The notes beneath the pieces are model-generated. The model was not told the origin of the DNA. It ran no database searches and was given only the letters and a program-made list of their open reading frames with translations. Source: an uncultured bacterium (lineage in GTDB: Bacteria; Verrucomicrobiota; Verrucomicrobiia; Limisphaerales; UBA8199). Taken from it: 64,000 nucleotides of DNA. Below are positions 9,962-19,575 of the stretch, piece after piece; the stretch's first letter is position 1, and each line of letters begins with the position of its first letter. The position numbers and the translations under genes were made by a program. Location of the stretch: positions 416,001-480,000 of the forward strand of contig CAVVMW010000005.1 of the NCBI GenBank assembly GCA_963749495.1. Direction: 5' to 3'.

Positions 9962-10852
9962 ATGGCACGTATGAAAAGAATTACTGTTTTTCCGGCGCTG
10001 GCCCTGGCGGTCCTGGTCGCGGGCGGGGCGCTCCGGGCGCAAGGGCAGCCGCTGGATCTGCGCCTGCGCAGCCTCAAGGAAACCGCGCCCGGCGGCGGCC
10101 AATGGCAGAGCGTCGAGACGCCCGCACAATGGGCGCCGGCCGGAACGGCGGCGGTGATCTGCGACATGTGGGACAAGCATTGGTGCCGTGGGGCCTCGGC
10201 GCGCGTGGCGGAGATGGCTCCGCGCATGGACCGCCTGGTGGCCGAACTGCGCCGCCGCGGCGTGCTCATCATCCATTGTCCCAGCGGGACCATGCAGTTT
10301 TACGAGGACACAGCCGCACGCAAGCTGGCGCAGGCGGCGCCCAAGGCCAGCCCGAGGGTCCCGCTCCAAGGCTGGTGCAACCTCGATCCGAAACGCGAAC
10401 CGCCCCTGCCCATCGATGATGCGGACGGCGGCTGCGATGACCAACCCCCCTGCCAGACCGGCTCGCCCTGGCGCCGCCAGATAGCCGACCTCCAAATCCG
10501 CGAGGGCGACGCCATCACCGACAGCGCCGAGGCCTATAACCTGATGCGCCAGCGCGGCATCACCAACGTCATCGTCATGGGCGTCCACCAGAACATGTGC
10601 GTCCTGGGCCGCCCTTTTTCCATCCGCCAATTGGTCTATCAGGGCCAGAACGTCGTCCTGGTCCGCGATATGACCGACAGCATGTACAATTCCCGCAGCC
10701 GCCCGCGCGTGGACCACTTCACCGGCAACGACCTTGTCACCTGGCACATCGAGAAGTACTGGTGCCCCACCATCACGAGCGACCAGGTCATCGGGGGCGA
10801 GCCGTTCCGGTTTGCAGCGGACACCAAAGCGCCGCGGGCCTTCCATAATTGA
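9962..10852 (+). CDS. Exported isochorismatase/nicotinamidase-like cysteine hydrolase
   Basis: Signal peptide; TAAVICDMWD and VMGVHQNMCVLGR motifs. Confidence 0.78.
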   Translation: MARMKRITVFPALALAVLVAGGALRAQGQPLDLRLRSLKETAPGGGQWQSVETPAQWAPAGTAAVICDMWDKHWCRGASARVAEMAPRMDRLVAELRRRGVLIIHCPSGTMQFYEDTAARKLAQAAPKASPRVPLQGWCNLDPKREPPLPIDDADGGCDDQPPCQTGSPWRRQIADLQIREGDAITDSAEAYNLMRQRGITNVIVMGVHQNMCVLGRPFSIRQLVYQGQNVVLVRDMTDSMYNSRSRPRVDHFTGNDLVTWHIEKYWCPTITSDQVIGGEPFRFAADTKAPRAFHN

Positions 10853-10929
10853 TTGACAACCCCGGGCGCTCTTGGTGTGCTCTCCACCCACCTTGTAGCC
10901 CTATGAACGGCAACCAAGAAACGTGATGT

Positions 10930-10957
10930 GTGAAACGTGAAACGTGAAACGTGAAAC
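10930..10957. repeat. Heptamer tandem repeat (GTGAAAC)x4
   Basis: Read directly; same unit at ~25284-25306, ~25387-25424 (inverse) and ~28267-28299. Confidence 0.9.
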
Positions 10958-11067
10958 GTATTGACACACGTCATAGCCCCATGAACAGCAACCACACTAG
11001 CGGCCCTGTGGGAATCGAACGCAAGGCGCCTCTACCCGGGGCGGCGGCCGACTGCGCCGGACTTCGG

Positions 11068-12686
11068 ATGATTTCCGTGTCTTTGTCGCGACCTTTGTCG
11101 CGACCTTTGTCGAATTGGGCCGGTTTTCGACAAAGGTTGCGACAAAGGTTGCGACAAAGGGCGGCGAAGGCGCTGGGTTTGGCCCTGGGGTGGGCCGTGG
11201 CCGGCGGCCAGGCCGCCGTGCTCTACGTGGACCCGAGCGCCGCCAACCCCTCGGCTCCCTACACGAATTGGGCGAGTGCCGCCGCCCGCATCCAGGACGC
11301 GCTGGATGCGGCCAGGGCGCTGGACCATGTCCTGGTCACCAACGGGGTTTATGCCGCCGGCAGCCGGGGCAGCTATCGCCTGCGGGTGGACAAGCCGGTC
11401 CAGGTGTCGAGCGTCAACGGGCCGGGGTTTACCGTCGTTGACGGCGGCGGCGGCGGGGGCTGCATCTACCTGGCCGACGGGTCGGGGTTGGCCGGGTTCA
11501 CCTTGACCAACGGCACGGTGGGGGTCTTCTGCCAATCGACCAACGCCGTGATCACCAACTGCGTCATCGCGGGCAATGCCGGCAGCGGCGGCACCGGGTC
11601 GGGGGCGCACGGGGGGACCTTGTACAACTGCACCCTGAGCGGGAACCGGGGTGACGCCGCGGCCGGGGCGGCGTTTGGCGTCCTCAACTACTGCACGCTC
11701 AGCGACAATACGTGCTTCGGGTCCGGGGGCGGGGCTTACCAATGCACGCTCAACTATTGCACGCTGAGCGGCAACCGGAGCGATTATCGCGCGGGAGGCC
11801 CCATCGGCGAGGGCGGCGGGGCTTACGGGTGTACGCTCAACTACTGCACGCTGAACGGCAACTGCGCTTTTTATGCCGGCGGCGGCGCCTCCTCCAGCAC
11901 GCTCAACAACTGCGTCCTGACGGACAATGTCACCGCCGGGGCCGGGGCCGGCGCCAGCGACAGCACCCTGAACAATTGCACGGTGGCGTCCAACGTGGCC
12001 GGCCAGGGTGGTGGCGGCGCCTATAACAGCACCGCCTACAACTCCATCCTCTGGTTCAACACACCCTGGGATTATGACCCGCTCACAACCACTTTGAACT
12101 ATTGCTCCGCCCAGCTCTGGCCCCATGCCGGCGTCGGCAATGTTCCCGGCTTCGACCCACAGTTCGTCAACCTGGCGGGCGGCAACCTGCGCCTCAAGCC
12201 CACCTCCCCCTGCATCAACTCGGGCAACAACGCCTATGCCCCCGGCCCCACGGACATGGACGGCAACCCGCGCATCGTTGGGGGCACCGTCGACATCGGC
12301 GCCTACGAGTACCAGGGCCCGGGTCCTGCATCTCTTATTATTGGCTGCAGCAATACGGCCTGCCCACCGACGGCTCGGCCGATTTCGCCGACCCGGACCA
12401 CGACGGGATGAACAACTGGCAGGAATGGCGCTGCGGCACCAACCCGACCAACGCCCAGTCTGTCCTCAAGCTCCTGCCTCCGATCGGCGACGGCACCAAT
12501 ATGGTTGTGAGCTGGCAGAGCGTCCCGGGCATCAGCTATTGCCTGGAGCGGTGCGCGAACCTGGCCTCCGGCATCTTCACCCGCGTGGCCGCGAACATCC
12601 CGGGCTCTGCGAACACCACCTCGTTCACGGACACCAACGCGGCCCCGGGCGCGGGGTTCTTCTACCGCGTCGTCGTAGGGGAGTGA
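11068..12686 (+). CDS. Secreted parallel beta-helix (pectin-lyase-fold, choice-of-anchor-Q-like) protein with C-terminal D-rich Ca-binding segment; frameshift at ~12322; start uncertain (10981 or 11068)
   Basis: Repeated CTLNYCTLSGN/GGGAY units, PQFVN..GNLRLKPTSPCINSG, DMDGNPRI..VDIGAYE, then WLQQYGL..DPDHDGMNNWQEWRCGTNP...FFYRV. Confidence 0.78.
11082..11160. repeat. Palindromic array of 12 bp units (CCTTTGTCGCRA)n/inverse
   Basis: Three units, spacer, three inverted units; also at 16301-16381, 27765-27858 and 30466-30546. Confidence 0.9.
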
Positions 12687-12693
12687 GGGGGAA

Positions 12694-12808
12694 AATGACG
12701 AATGACGAATGACGAATGACGAATGACGAATGACGAAAACGCCCTCTGCGGCGGGTTCGCCTTTTGTGAATTCCCATTCGTCATTCGTCATTCGTCATTC
12801 GTCATTCC
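12694..12808. repeat. Inverted heptamer arrays (AATGACG)x6 ... (CATTCGT)x4 between convergent genes
   Basis: Read directly. Confidence 0.92.
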
Positions 12809-12809
12809 T

Positions 12810-14186
12810 TCATCGCCCGCGCAGCCCTGCCACCAAGGCGGTGGCGCGGTTGACCAGGAGGTCTTCGATGCTGGTGCGGAATGGGCCGTAGAGGCCGTAA
12901 TAGACGAGGGAGGAGTCGGCTTCATAGCCCCCTTCCTTGAGGATGCGCACGGAGGGGATATAGCAGGGGATTTCGTAAGCATAGCCGATCATCCAGGGAT
13001 GGTCCTGGGCCAGGAGGCGCTTGAGGCGCTTGGAGTAGTCCACCACCACCTCGCCGCCCATGAGGACAAAGGTCACGTCGTCGCCAATCCGCACGGCGGC
13101 CACCGGCAGTTTCAAGGAGCGCGGGCACGGTTGGCCGGCGTCGAGCAGTTTCAGATAGAGCTGCGCGCGCTGCTTGACGGGAAGGTCGGCGCTCTGGGCG
13201 TCCTTTTCCATCTGCTGGCGCGAGGGGGGCTCGGCCAGGGGCAGTTCCACCTCGTCGTAGGCCATCTTGAAGGCGCCGCGCACCGGGCGCATCGGGCGGT
13301 CCAGGACGCCGATGACGGCGCCGGCCATTTCGAGGCCGTGGCGTTTGGCGTCGAGCAATTGGCCGCGCGGCAACGGGTTGGAGTCGGCCCCCATGCCGGT
13401 CAAGTAAAGGGCCAAAGCCCCGGGCTGGTTGGCCTCCAGGAGTTGGCAGGCATAGCCCATCCAATCCCCGGAGACCTCGTACCAGTCGTCGCCGTTCTGG
13501 ACGCTGGTGCCGTGGCAGGCATAGCCGAAGATGATGGCGCGCGCGGCGCCGTCGGTGCCTTTGATGCGGAGCACGGGGACTTCCCAGTCCGCCGGGGCGT
13601 CGGGGTTCTCCCCGAAGTCCATCCTGTCGCCATGATAGACCCGGCGGTTCATGGCGAAGGTGGCGCGTCCCATCCCCCACTCGATGAGCGCCGGCTTCAG
13701 GTCGGCCAGGGCCGCGCCCACGACCTCGACCAGCCTGGACTGCAACAGGCGGCTGTATTTCTCGATGGCTCCCTGATCGCTGTCCGGCGCGGCCGGCATC
13801 CCCTCGAGCGTCCCGGCCAGAACCGGCGCAGAGTGGGTGTGGCTGGAGATCACCGCCACCGTTCCGCGCTCCAGGTGGAGCGTGTCGGTCAGTTCCTTGA
13901 GGACCGGCGCCATAAAGGCATGGCTCACCTCGCAGTTGTCCAGCGCCACGAACACAAAACGCTCGCCGGGACCATTCCGCAAGGCCATCGCCCGGACGCG
14001 CAACGGCAGGTCCACCTTGTCGGCCGGGCGCTTGCGCGCCGCGTAGCCGGCCAGGCGAATGGGCAGTTCGGGAGTGATATCGCGCGACGCCAGGCCGATT
14101 TCCAGGGCCGGCGTTTCCGCGCCCGGCGCCGGCAAAATGGCGCCGGCAAGAAACACGCTCAGGAAGCAGATCGAGGAAGTTTTCAT
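12810..14186 (-). CDS. Secreted neutral/alkaline ceramidase-like protein
   Basis: Signal peptide; DITP..IRLAGYAAR, SHTHSAP, GYACHGT, EGGYEA. Confidence 0.8.
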   Translation of the reverse strand: MKTSSICFLSVFLAGAILPAPGAETPALEIGLASRDITPELPIRLAGYAARKRPADKVDLPLRVRAMALRNGPGERFVFVALDNCEVSHAFMAPVLKELTDTLHLERGTVAVISSHTHSAPVLAGTLEGMPAAPDSDQGAIEKYSRLLQSRLVEVVGAALADLKPALIEWGMGRATFAMNRRVYHGDRMDFGENPDAPADWEVPVLRIKGTDGAARAIIFGYACHGTSVQNGDDWYEVSGDWMGYACQLLEANQPGALALYLTGMGADSNPLPRGQLLDAKRHGLEMAGAVIGVLDRPMRPVRGAFKMAYDEVELPLAEPPSRQQMEKDAQSADLPVKQRAQLYLKLLDAGQPCPRSLKLPVAAVRIGDDVTFVLMGGEVVVDYSKRLKRLLAQDHPWMIGYAYEIPCYIPSVRILKEGGYEADSSLVYYGLYGPFRTSIEDLLVNRATALVAGLRGR

Positions 14187-14301
14187 TCAGACTCCTTGTA
14201 ATGCGCCTTGTGGCGTCCTGTCAAGATCATGGGGGGGGCAAAATCATTGTTGGCAAAATCATTTTTGGCAGAATCATGCGGAGAAAGTCATTCGCCATTC
14301 G

Positions 14302-15063
14302 TCATTCGCCGCACCCCAATCCCGACCCAACATTCCCACCGGAACACTCCGCACTCCGCACTCCGCACTCCGCATTCAGTCCATTCGTCATTCGCCGCTT
14401 TGCGGCGGCCACCAAGCGATCGGCCAGTCGGGTCGGCTCCGGCAGGCGGTATTTGAGGGCGCATTCGAGGACCAGGTCCTCGGCGGCGGGCAGGTCGATG
14501 CAATGGCCGATGCTCACGTAGAGCGGTTTGACGCCGGTCTGGGTGCGGAGCACGGTGCCGATGATCTCACCCTTGTCCCGGAGCGGGGCGCGGCCGCCGC
14601 GCTGAAAGGGCGGTTCGGCGTCGGCGCCCACCAGCCGGCTCTTGGCGCACCCGACGGCGGGCAGGCCGCAGAGGAGGCCCAGGTGCGAGGCTATCCCAAA
14701 GCGACGCGGGTGGGCCAACCCTTGGCCGTCGCACATCAGCAGGTCCGGCGGTTGCCGCAGCTTGCGCAGCGCGGCCACCCAGGCGGGAATCTCGCGGAAG
14801 GAAAGCAGCCCGGGGATATAGGGGAAGTTGAGTCTGGCGCAGGCCGTGTGTGCCTCGATCACCCGCCGCTCGGCCAGGTCCCACAGCACGACCGCCGCAA
14901 GACAGAGCCGGCCGTCGGGCGAGAACGCCCCGTCCAGGCCCGCCACCAGACGAAACGCCTGCGCCGGCCTGGTCCTGGAGACCAGGCCGCTGAGCCGCCT
15001 CTGCACGGCGATGGCCTGCTTGGGGGTCAACCGCCACGAATGCGGCGCGCGCGGAACTTTCAT
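14302..15063 (-). CDS. nfi: Endonuclease V; C-terminus reads through heptamer repeats
   Basis: VAGLDGAF, FPYIPGLLSFRE, CDGQGLAHPRRFGIASHLG, GCAKSRL, YRLPEPTRLAD. Confidence 0.96.
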   Translation of the reverse strand: MKVPRAPHSWRLTPKQAIAVQRRLSGLVSRTRPAQAFRLVAGLDGAFSPDGRLCLAAVVLWDLAERRVIEAHTACARLNFPYIPGLLSFREIPAWVAALRKLRQPPDLLMCDGQGLAHPRRFGIASHLGLLCGLPAVGCAKSRLVGADAEPPFQRGGRAPLRDKGEIIGTVLRTQTGVKPLYVSIGHCIDLPAAEDLVLECALKYRLPEPTRLADRLVAAAKRRMTNGLNAECGVRSAECSGGNVGSGLGCGE

Positions 15064-15064
15064 A

Positions 15065-15214
15065 GTAACTGTTCAGGTGTGGGGCAGACCTCTGGTCTGC
15101 CGGCTCACGGAGCCTCCGGCTCCGTGTCCCTTCCAGTTGCGGGGCTCGGGGCCAGAGGCCCCTCCAACCGGCAGACCGGAGGTCTGCCCCACGCGTCCCC
15201 ACCTGAACAGTTGC
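15065..15214. mobile_element. MITE with GTAACTGTTCAGGTG-type TIRs and ~8 bp target duplication
   Basis: TIRs at 15065-15079 and 15200-15214; flanks CTTTCATA/CTTTCACA; inverted sibling at 47326-47481. Confidence 0.8.
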
Positions 15215-15217
15215 CTT

Positions 15218-16180
15218 TCACATTGCCTGCTGGGCCACGGCCTTCATTTTGGCCAACCCTGTCCGGGCGACCTCCAGGGGGTCTTTGGCCCAGTAATCGC
15301 GGTTGAACAGTTCGAGGGACAGGACCTTCTGTCCACCGCCCTTGCAGAGGGCGCGGAGGATGTCGGCCATCGGCGCGGTGCCGTCTCCGGGGAAGACGCG
15401 GTAGCTGTCATTGATCTTCTCCCGCGGCGGGTCGTTCGGGTAATCGTTCATGTGCAGGACCTGGATGGCCTGCGCGCCCAGCAATTGCATCCCGTGAAAT
15501 TCCGAACCGCCCTTGTAAAGGTGGAACACGTCCGCCAGCACGCAGGCCTTGGGATGCCCGGTCTCCATGGCAACGCCGACGCACTCACCGAGCCGGCCGA
15601 GGTTCCTGGAGGCGCCCCACAACTCGAGTTCGGGCACCACGCCCGCCTGGCCGCCCAGTTCGAGCAGCGCGCGGTAGCGCTCGGCCATCCTGGCCAGCTC
15701 GAGCCTGGGCAAATCGGTGGCGCCGGCCGGCGGGGCCGCCAGGCGCCGGGTGCCGATCTGGGCCATCATGTCCATCTCGCGCCGGACCCGCTCCAGGCCC
15801 TTGGCCCGCCGGGCCTCGTCCTCGACCAGCCATTCAGCGAAGCCGATGGCCCCCTCGACCGCCAGTCCCGCATCCGCTATCCGCCGGGCCAACTCCTTGA
15901 GGTCGCCGCCTTGGTTCACGTACTCCTGGACCGTGTCGATCCAGGGCTCGATTCCATCGTAGCCCGCTTCTGCCGCTATCTGGACCTCTTTGACAATCCC
16001 CAGCTTCTGTCCGCGGAGTGTCGCCATGTTCAGGGAAAAACGGAATGGCCGACTCGGGGGCGGCCCCGGGGCCTCAGCCGCCGCCCCAGCGCCCGCCAGC
16101 GGACGGCACAGGACCGCCCCGCCGGCCAGCAACCCCGCTCGAGTCATCGCCGCGCGTCGTGAGAGCTTGTGTGCATTCAT
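15218..16180 (-). CDS. Sugar-phosphate isomerase/epimerase-family TIM barrel with Tat-like signal
   Basis: SRRAAM twin-arginine leader; AGYDGIEPW, DVFHLY, HMND, R..PGDG, SLELFN. Confidence 0.85.
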   Translation of the reverse strand: MNAHKLSRRAAMTRAGLLAGGAVLCRPLAGAGAAAEAPGPPPSRPFRFSLNMATLRGQKLGIVKEVQIAAEAGYDGIEPWIDTVQEYVNQGGDLKELARRIADAGLAVEGAIGFAEWLVEDEARRAKGLERVRREMDMMAQIGTRRLAAPPAGATDLPRLELARMAERYRALLELGGQAGVVPELELWGASRNLGRLGECVGVAMETGHPKACVLADVFHLYKGGSEFHGMQLLGAQAIQVLHMNDYPNDPPREKINDSYRVFPGDGTAPMADILRALCKGGGQKVLSLELFNRDYWAKDPLEVARTGLAKMKAVAQQAM

Positions 16181-16300
16181 GCCCTCTGCAATACCCAAAA
16201 TCGGCCCCGCTGGCCAGACCTGTTTGCACCGGGCACTCTGCGCCCGCGGCCAGGTCCCTTTGAGCGGCTGGCAAAATTAACCTGGAAGCTCCGATCCCAG

Positions 16301-16381
16301 ACCTTTGTCGCAACCTTTGTCGCCGCCTTTGTCGAGGCATGGCCAAGCCGACAAAGGTTGCGGCAAAGGTTGCGACAAAGG
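16301..16381. repeat. 12 bp-unit palindromic array
   Basis: Same family as 11082-11160. Confidence 0.88.
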
Positions 16382-16457
16382 TCCGGACTCACGCTCCGCC
16401 TCCACCGCGACAAGAAACAGATTTGCGCGCGGAGCTTGGGACCTTAGACTGGCCCCG

Positions 16458-18059
16458 ATGTCGCAGATGTTGAAGTCATCCGGGGCCATGGCCGCCGCGA
16501 CGATGACCAGCCGGGTGCTGGGGATGGCGCGGGAGATGGTCTATGCCGCGTTCATGGGCACCACGGCGGTGGCCAGCGCGTTCATCCTGGCGTTCCAGGT
16601 GCCGAACCTTTTTCGGCGGTTGCTGGGCGAGGGGGCGTTGACGGCGGCGTTCATTCCCATTTTCAAGGCGAAGGAGGTCCAGGAGGGGGAGCAGGAGATG
16701 TGGCGGTGCTCCAACGCGGTGATATCGGGGCTGCTGGCAGCCGCCGCGGCGGTCACGGTCCTGGTGATGCTGGGGATTTCGCTGCTGCTGGCCTTCCGGC
16801 ATTGGGAGCCGGACCGGAGGCTGATGCTGGAGTTGCTGCGGCTGATGTTCCCTTATATGCTGCTGGTCTGCCTGGCGGCGGTGCTCATCGGCATGGCCAA
16901 CGCGCGCGGGCATTTCTTCATTCCCGCCCTGGGCGCGGCGGTCCTTAACGTCGTGATGATAGCGAGCGTGTTCTGGCTGGCGCCGCGGCTGGGCAAGGAC
17001 CTGGAGCACCGGATTTTTGGCCTGGCCATCGGGGTGCTGCTGGCGGGCCTGGCCCAGGCCTTGTTCCAGGTGCCCAGCCTCCTGCGCGAGGGCTTTCGCT
17101 TTAGATGGGTTTCACCCTGGCGCGACCCCACCGTCCATGAAGTCCTTCGCAAGATGCTCCCGGGGTCGCTCGGCGTGGCGGCCTTTCAGATCAACGTCCT
17201 GCTCACCGGGTGCTTTGCGTTCTGGTTCGACGAGTTGATTGTCTCGACGTTCAACTACTCGGTGCGGCTGATGGAGTTGCCGCAAGGCATGTTCGGCATC
17301 TCGCTGGCCACGTACCTGCTGCCGACGCTCTCCGGCCTGGCTGCCGCGAAGAAGTACCCCGAATTCCGCGAGACGCTCCAGCAGGGATTGACGGCCCTGG
17401 CATTCGCCAACCTGGTGGCCGCCGCCATCGCCCTGTCCCTGGCCGAGCCGATTGTGCGCTTGATCTTCGAGCGCGGCAAGTTCGGACCCAGCTCCACCCA
17501 CCGGACGGCCATTGCGCTGGCCTGCCTGGCCCCAGGTCTGCTGATGTTCTCGATGAATAACATCCTGGCCCGGGCCTTTTTCGCCCTCAAAGACATCAAG
17601 ACGCCCATGAAGATCGCCGTCTTGTGCCTGGGGCTCAACCTCCTGCTGTCCTTGGGCCTGGTGAAATACTTGCTGCACACGCACATCGGCGGCGAGGCGG
17701 GCCTGGCGGTGGCCAACACTCTGACCGCCGCGCTGAACACGGCGCTGCTGGGTTACGCCTTGCGCCGCAAGCTCAAATTCCTGGGCCTGGCCGCGCTGAA
17801 ACGGGCGGTGCCCGTGCTGCTGGGCGCGGCGCTTCTGGCCGGCGCCATCGCCGCCGCGCTGAGCTTACTTTGGGAACGGCGCCTCGGACACGCCACAATG
17901 CCGCTCAAGGTCGGGGCGGTCTTCGTGCCCGGCGCGGTCGCGGGCCTGGCCTACTGGCTGGCGGCCCTGGCGGGCAAAGTGCCCTCGGCCCTCGAAATCA
18001 CCGGCATGGTGCTCCACAGGCGGCGTCCGTCCCCGGAAGCAAGCCGCACCGGCCCGTAG
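16458..18059 (+). CDS. murJ: Lipid II flippase MurJ (MviN)
   Basis: SRVLGMARE, AFQVPNLFRRLLGEGALTAAFIP, RLMELPQGMFG, RAFFALKDIKTP. Confidence 0.96.
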   Translation: MSQMLKSSGAMAAATMTSRVLGMAREMVYAAFMGTTAVASAFILAFQVPNLFRRLLGEGALTAAFIPIFKAKEVQEGEQEMWRCSNAVISGLLAAAAAVTVLVMLGISLLLAFRHWEPDRRLMLELLRLMFPYMLLVCLAAVLIGMANARGHFFIPALGAAVLNVVMIASVFWLAPRLGKDLEHRIFGLAIGVLLAGLAQALFQVPSLLREGFRFRWVSPWRDPTVHEVLRKMLPGSLGVAAFQINVLLTGCFAFWFDELIVSTFNYSVRLMELPQGMFGISLATYLLPTLSGLAAAKKYPEFRETLQQGLTALAFANLVAAAIALSLAEPIVRLIFERGKFGPSSTHRTAIALACLAPGLLMFSMNNILARAFFALKDIKTPMKIAVLCLGLNLLLSLGLVKYLLHTHIGGEAGLAVANTLTAALNTALLGYALRRKLKFLGLAALKRAVPVLLGAALLAGAIAAALSLLWERRLGHATMPLKVGAVFVPGAVAGLAYWLAALAGKVPSALEITGMVLHRRRPSPEASRTGP

Positions 18060-18208
18060 AGCCGTGAGCTGTCCGACGCGTCAGACGGGTCTCACGCGTC
18101 CGACTTCTTCGCGCGGGGTTGCGGTCATGACCCTTTTCCTATTTTCGGATTTTCGCCTTGTACCAATTCTTTCACAGCATCTGGGCAAACTTATTTTCCG
18201 CCACGCCC

Positions 18209-19417
18209 TTAACGGGAAACCAGCCTGTAGAAGACGGCGGCCGCGGGGGCGGAGAGCGTGACTTCGTTCCGCAGGTTGCTGTGGTTTAATGCTGGCGCGT
18301 TGGTCACATCGCTCCAGCCTTGGGCAAGCACATCAGGGGTCTGTTGAAGCACGAATGGCAGGGAGGGGACAGTCCACGACAGCACCAAATTGCCCCCCGA
18401 GCGCGCAGCGTGGAGAATGGGCTGCGGCGTGGAGCGCCACCGGTAAATGCCCCCGCCGTTCATCACGGCCACCACGTTCGCCCCGTCCGCCGAGCAGGCC
18501 ACCGCGCTCCAGCATCCATCGGGCACTTTCATGCGGGCCCATGTCGCCCCGGAGTCAGGCGAGACGAGAGCCCTGTCGTCGCATCCGACCGCCACGATCT
18601 TCCTCCCGTCGGCAGAGCAGGCGACGCCCCCCCACCAGCTTGGCCAGACATTGGTGAAGGCCCAGCTCACGCCGGAGTCATGCGAATAATAGACTGCCCA
18701 GAAGTCCTGGGCGGCAACAAACGTCTCCCCCTGCGCCGAGCAGCTGACGCAGCGGTAAAACCTGAGCACGTCGGGCTGGAGACTAGCGGCCACCCAATCC
18801 AGGCCCGAACTCGTTGACTGAAACACCGTCGAACTCAGGGATGCAAGCCACTTGGTGCCATCGGCTGATATGGACAGAGAGCGGCTCCACACGTCAGTGG
18901 AGTTCGTCAGTACGGCCGTTGTCCATGTGGCTCCGGCGTCGGCTGACCGACAAACCGCGTTTCCACCCGGGACTGCGCCCAAGGTGCTGCCATCGGCCGA
19001 GGAGGCGACCGCCATCCATTGGTACGCAACGCCGCTCGGGCCGGTGGGTACCCAAGTGACACCCGAATTCGTCGAAATGTAAAGGACCCCGCTGTAATAA
19101 ACGGACCCACTGTTTGAGACAGCGCCCGCGGCGAGGAGCTGTCTTCCGTCCGCTGTCGAGGCGACAGAGGCGATCTGAGCCGCGATCGGGGCGGGCGTAG
19201 CCTGCCAGCTCGCGCCGGAGTCGGTGGAAAGGTAGATAAGGCCGCTTTGAGTCGCCGCGACGAGTTTGCTGCCGTCGGCGGAGGAAGCGACGCAGCTCCA
19301 GTCGGCGGCCGGGGCGCCGGTAAGCACCCATCCCTGGGCCCGCGCGCGGGGCGTGAGCGCGCAGTAGAGGCACACGAGGCCCGGCAAAGCCATCGCTATA
19401 CAGGGAAATTTGCGCAT
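18209..19417 (-). CDS. Secreted BNR/Asp-box beta-propeller protein
   Basis: Repeated VASSADGxKL and SxDxGxTW; C-terminal LVLSW...LQQ...FYRL domain. Confidence 0.8.
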   Translation of the reverse strand: MRKFPCIAMALPGLVCLYCALTPRARAQGWVLTGAPAADWSCVASSADGSKLVAATQSGLIYLSTDSGASWQATPAPIAAQIASVASTADGRQLLAAGAVSNSGSVYYSGVLYISTNSGVTWVPTGPSGVAYQWMAVASSADGSTLGAVPGGNAVCRSADAGATWTTAVLTNSTDVWSRSLSISADGTKWLASLSSTVFQSTSSGLDWVAASLQPDVLRFYRCVSCSAQGETFVAAQDFWAVYYSHDSGVSWAFTNVWPSWWGGVACSADGRKIVAVGCDDRALVSPDSGATWARMKVPDGCWSAVACSADGANVVAVMNGGGIYRWRSTPQPILHAARSGGNLVLSWTVPSLPFVLQQTPDVLAQGWSDVTNAPALNHSNLRNEVTLSAPAAAVFYRLVSR

Positions 19418-19575
19418 AGGCCCTTCATTACATGGTGATCCAACGTGACACAATCAACATACGCATTTTATGGCGGCCGTAACGCCAAGTCAAGAAATAT
19501 GGAAAGATCAGATTACAAAACAAAAGATTGACGAGCATTAGCATATTGTGCATAATCCCAATCGCTGGCGTCTTA

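Noticed and set aside
11082..11160. Repeat arrays as a CRISPR array
   Set aside because: Units are 7 or 12 bp, adjacent or inverted, with no unique spacers and no cas genes.
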